64,000 nucleotides of DNA from a virus (taxonomy: Duplodnaviria; Heunggongvirae; Uroviricota; Caudoviricetes; Herelleviridae): the IMG/VR virus record IMGVR_UViG_2706796241_000001. One strand, written 5' to 3'. Below the pieces are notes generated by a model that worked only from the letters and a program-made list of their open reading frames with translations, was not told where the DNA came from and searched no databases. Shown piece after piece: positions 62,091 to 64,000 of the stretch. The number at the start of each line of letters is the position of its first letter. Positions within the stretch are counted from its first letter, which is position 1. Made by a program: the position numbers and the translations under genes.

Positions 62091-63193
62091 TTTAGGTACC
62101 TCCTTTTATTAAAGCCGACCCTGTTACAAAGTAAGCTCAGTCTGCGTTGTGTTAAATCATATTTCCTACAAGTTTCCTTACCTGTATGTGTTTTATAGTA
62201 ATCAATAATATCCTCATTAGGTATACTATCAGAATAAACAACTGAAACTAGTCTCTTTTTAATTGGTACTATCTCGGATAAAACATTAGCTACTTCGTTT
62301 ATGCTATTTGCAGTGTATGGGATAACAACAAGATTAACACCTGCTTGATTACACCATTGCTCCTTTAGTTTGTCACGTTCCTGTAAATCTTGAAGTTTAC
62401 CCTTATAGTAACCTCCAGTGTCTTCATAGTGCTGTTTCCCGTTATATTCAATATAGGTATTGTCATCAGGTAAGTAAAAATCAAAAAATAATGCTCTACC
62501 ATCAATAACTATCTTTTTCTGTTCTTCAAAGTTAATACCATTCTCTTTAAGCAAACTTCTAACCATGCGTTCCCCAATACTACGTTTAACATCTAACGGA
62601 CAATTGCAGTTCTCCTGATAAGCAAAATGGTACCAGACTGTCTCCCACTCATTACCTTGGGGAGATAACAAAGTACACTTACCTCGAACAGCTAATTTTT
62701 CAGGGTAGTTAATAATTGTGTATCCCCGAGACTCCGCATATTCTCTGAAATATCGTCTTTTCTCACTTTCTGTAAGAATAGTTATGGTTAACTGCGCTGT
62801 TTTACCTCTGGTACCTTTTTGATTGACTGTGGCTAATGAGGTTTTTCCATAATACCCTGCATATACCCCATCCAACACTCTCACCTTATGTGGTGTATTG
62901 AACCCTTGATACTCCTCTAGTAATTCGAGCCCATATTCCAAAAAGCGTTTTTTAGCCCTAATATTTTTGCTCTCTTCTGTCAGACCGTTAACTGTAGGTT
63001 TACTTCCAGATACTATACTGTCAAAGTTCGTTTTACCTGTTAAGCCTTGAAGCTCCCCACCTGACCATACATAGTATATAGCACTCTTATTTCCTATGAA
63101 AGTTGCTGTTTCTGGTAAGAGGTTTACGCTGTTGGTCTCCGCCCATTTTTTTATAAGAATATTTCTTTCTTGTAATGTCCATTTTTTTCTCAT
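62087..63193 (-). CDS. free-standing putative homing endonuclease (Vsr/DUF559-like PD-(D/E)XK C-terminal domain)
   Basis: SIGERMVRSLL...FEEQ...FDFYLP...IEYNGKQHY...RDKLK...LVVIPY. Confidence 0.78.
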   Translation of the reverse strand: MRKKWTLQERNILIKKWAETNSVNLLPETATFIGNKSAIYYVWSGGELQGLTGKTNFDSIVSGSKPTVNGLTEESKNIRAKKRFLEYGLELLEEYQGFNTPHKVRVLDGVYAGYYGKTSLATVNQKGTRGKTAQLTITILTESEKRRYFREYAESRGYTIINYPEKLAVRGKCTLLSPQGNEWETVWYHFAYQENCNCPLDVKRSIGERMVRSLLKENGINFEEQKKIVIDGRALFFDFYLPDDNTYIEYNGKQHYEDTGGYYKGKLQDLQERDKLKEQWCNQAGVNLVVIPYTANSINEVANVLSEIVPIKKRLVSVVYSDSIPNEDIIDYYKTHTGKETCRKYDLTQRRLSLLCNRVGFNKRRYLK

Positions 63194-63228
63194 GTTGTAT
63201 CTCCTAAATATCTAACAATAATAAAAGT

Positions 63229-63257
63229 ATTGTATCATAAAAGAACCACCCAGTCAA
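63229..63257 (-). promoter_or_regulatory. sigmaA-type promoter of the endonuclease gene
   Basis: TTGACT-17 nt-TACAAT; -35 lies at the apex of the tail tube terminator hairpin. Confidence 0.7.
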
Positions 63258-63266
63258 GCTAGGTGG
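63238..63266 (-). terminator. tail tube gene terminator
   Basis: CCACCTAG/CTGGGTGG stem followed by TTCTTTT. Confidence 0.65.
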
Positions 63267-63277
63267 AGTCTCATCTG

Positions 63278-64000
63278 CTATTTAACCTTTGCAGAAGTTA
63301 GGTATGTGAACAGTTTTGTTACCTTGGAGCGCAACTTCCAAGTAGGCGTTTGCCTCTAACACTTTCATGTTAGCTCAGACTATATGGGTACCCTTGTTAG
63401 GGTAGAGAATTTTTCTTCCACCATTGGCTTGTGGCTTTACTCCTCCGTCAGAGGATAGTCGTTGAAGGTGTCCCTTATCAATTGACTTAGGGCTGTCCCT
63501 GCTAAAGACCCATTGTATTAGTACTTAGGATTTAACCTTATACCATCTCAACTATTTTTTCTGCTTTCGCACCACTCAGCTTACCGTTTCCAGTTACTGT
63601 TTGGGTTGTTGAGCTTTAGGGATTCAAAGCAATTAACTCTCGATACTAGCTCTTTACGAACTAGCACAGCTATATAAATTTTGTATTTATAATCTCACTG
63701 CGTACTTTCTGATGTAACTTCATTAGCTGTGAATGACTCTGAGTAAGAAATTGCAGAGCAACCACGATAAGCTACTACGATTTCTTTAGTTAAATTGTCC
63801 ATCATTACGATGTCGATAATGTCACGTTGTAAGATGTCTTCACCTAACGCTGTAATTCCTAAACTTGCTAAGTCTTCTTTTTTCATACGCATACGTTCTA
63901 AAGTAATTGTACCTTCATATTTCAAGTATACGTGTTCTTGTGGCATAATACTACCGATTTCATAGATACCTTGTGTACCATATTGGCGCTCACCTGATGC
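63278..64000 (-). CDS. tail tube protein, 5'-truncated by the window, spliced: exon 1 >64000-63697, exon 2 63310-63278
   Basis: ASGERQYGTQGIYEIGSIMPQEHVYLKYEG...NEVTSESTQ plus short exon FTYLTSAKVK; resembles K-like tail tube proteins. Confidence 0.85.
63311..63696 (-). mobile_element. ORF-less group I intron in the tail tube gene (386 nt)
   Basis: P1 CGCAGU/GCTGTG; P element AATTGCTTTGAA; P3 GAGAGTT/AATTCTC; R TTCAACGACTAT; S ATATAGTC; P7.1, P7.2, P8, P9, P9.1 and P9.2 hairpins; terminal G at 63311. Confidence 0.9.

Noticed and set aside
63311..63696. tRNA or independent ncRNA in this structured region
   Set aside because: The hairpins fit group I intron elements; no cloverleaf or T-loop consensus.
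63695..63946. Stand-alone 83-aa protein
   Set aside because: The frame stays open to the window edge with tail tube sequence, and the stop codon spans the 5' splice site.

Overview
A 64-kb segment of a large lytic myovirus of the Twort/K/SPO1-like family Herelleviridae. The gene content best fits a phiEF24C-like Enterococcus phage; the host is inferred, not shown. Essentially all genes lie on the minus strand. In transcription order (right to left) the window holds: the 3' part of the tail tube gene, tail assembly chaperones, tape measure, tail lysin, tail fibre and baseplate genes; a free-standing HNH gene; and a replication/recombination module (SF2 helicase, Rep-like HTH protein, DnaB-like helicase, SbcCD, primase, dUTPase, resolvase, HU, DNA polymerase A, SSB, RecA, sigma factor). 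These are followed by a holin, Ig-domain decoration genes, a metallophosphoesterase and hypotheticals. Four intervening elements were resolved by hand: group I introns in recA (with an HNH ORF), polA (ORF-less) and the tail tube gene (ORF-less, beside a free-standing nuclease), plus a LAGLIDADG intein in the helicase P-loop. Main unexplained signals: (1) hairpins that hide a ribosome-binding site and contain a promoter (holin, HNH genes); (2) a candidate +1 frameshift at TCC_TTT_CGA between the tail chaperone ORFs; (3) a tail-tube splice junction that comes out one base off frame; (4) a near-identical core segment shared by two introns; (5) two paralogous 48-aa ORFs missed by the ORF track; (6) a candidate origin. 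Eleven genes are split by single-base losses in A/T homopolymers, most likely sequencing errors. No tRNA, rRNA or CRISPR array was seen.
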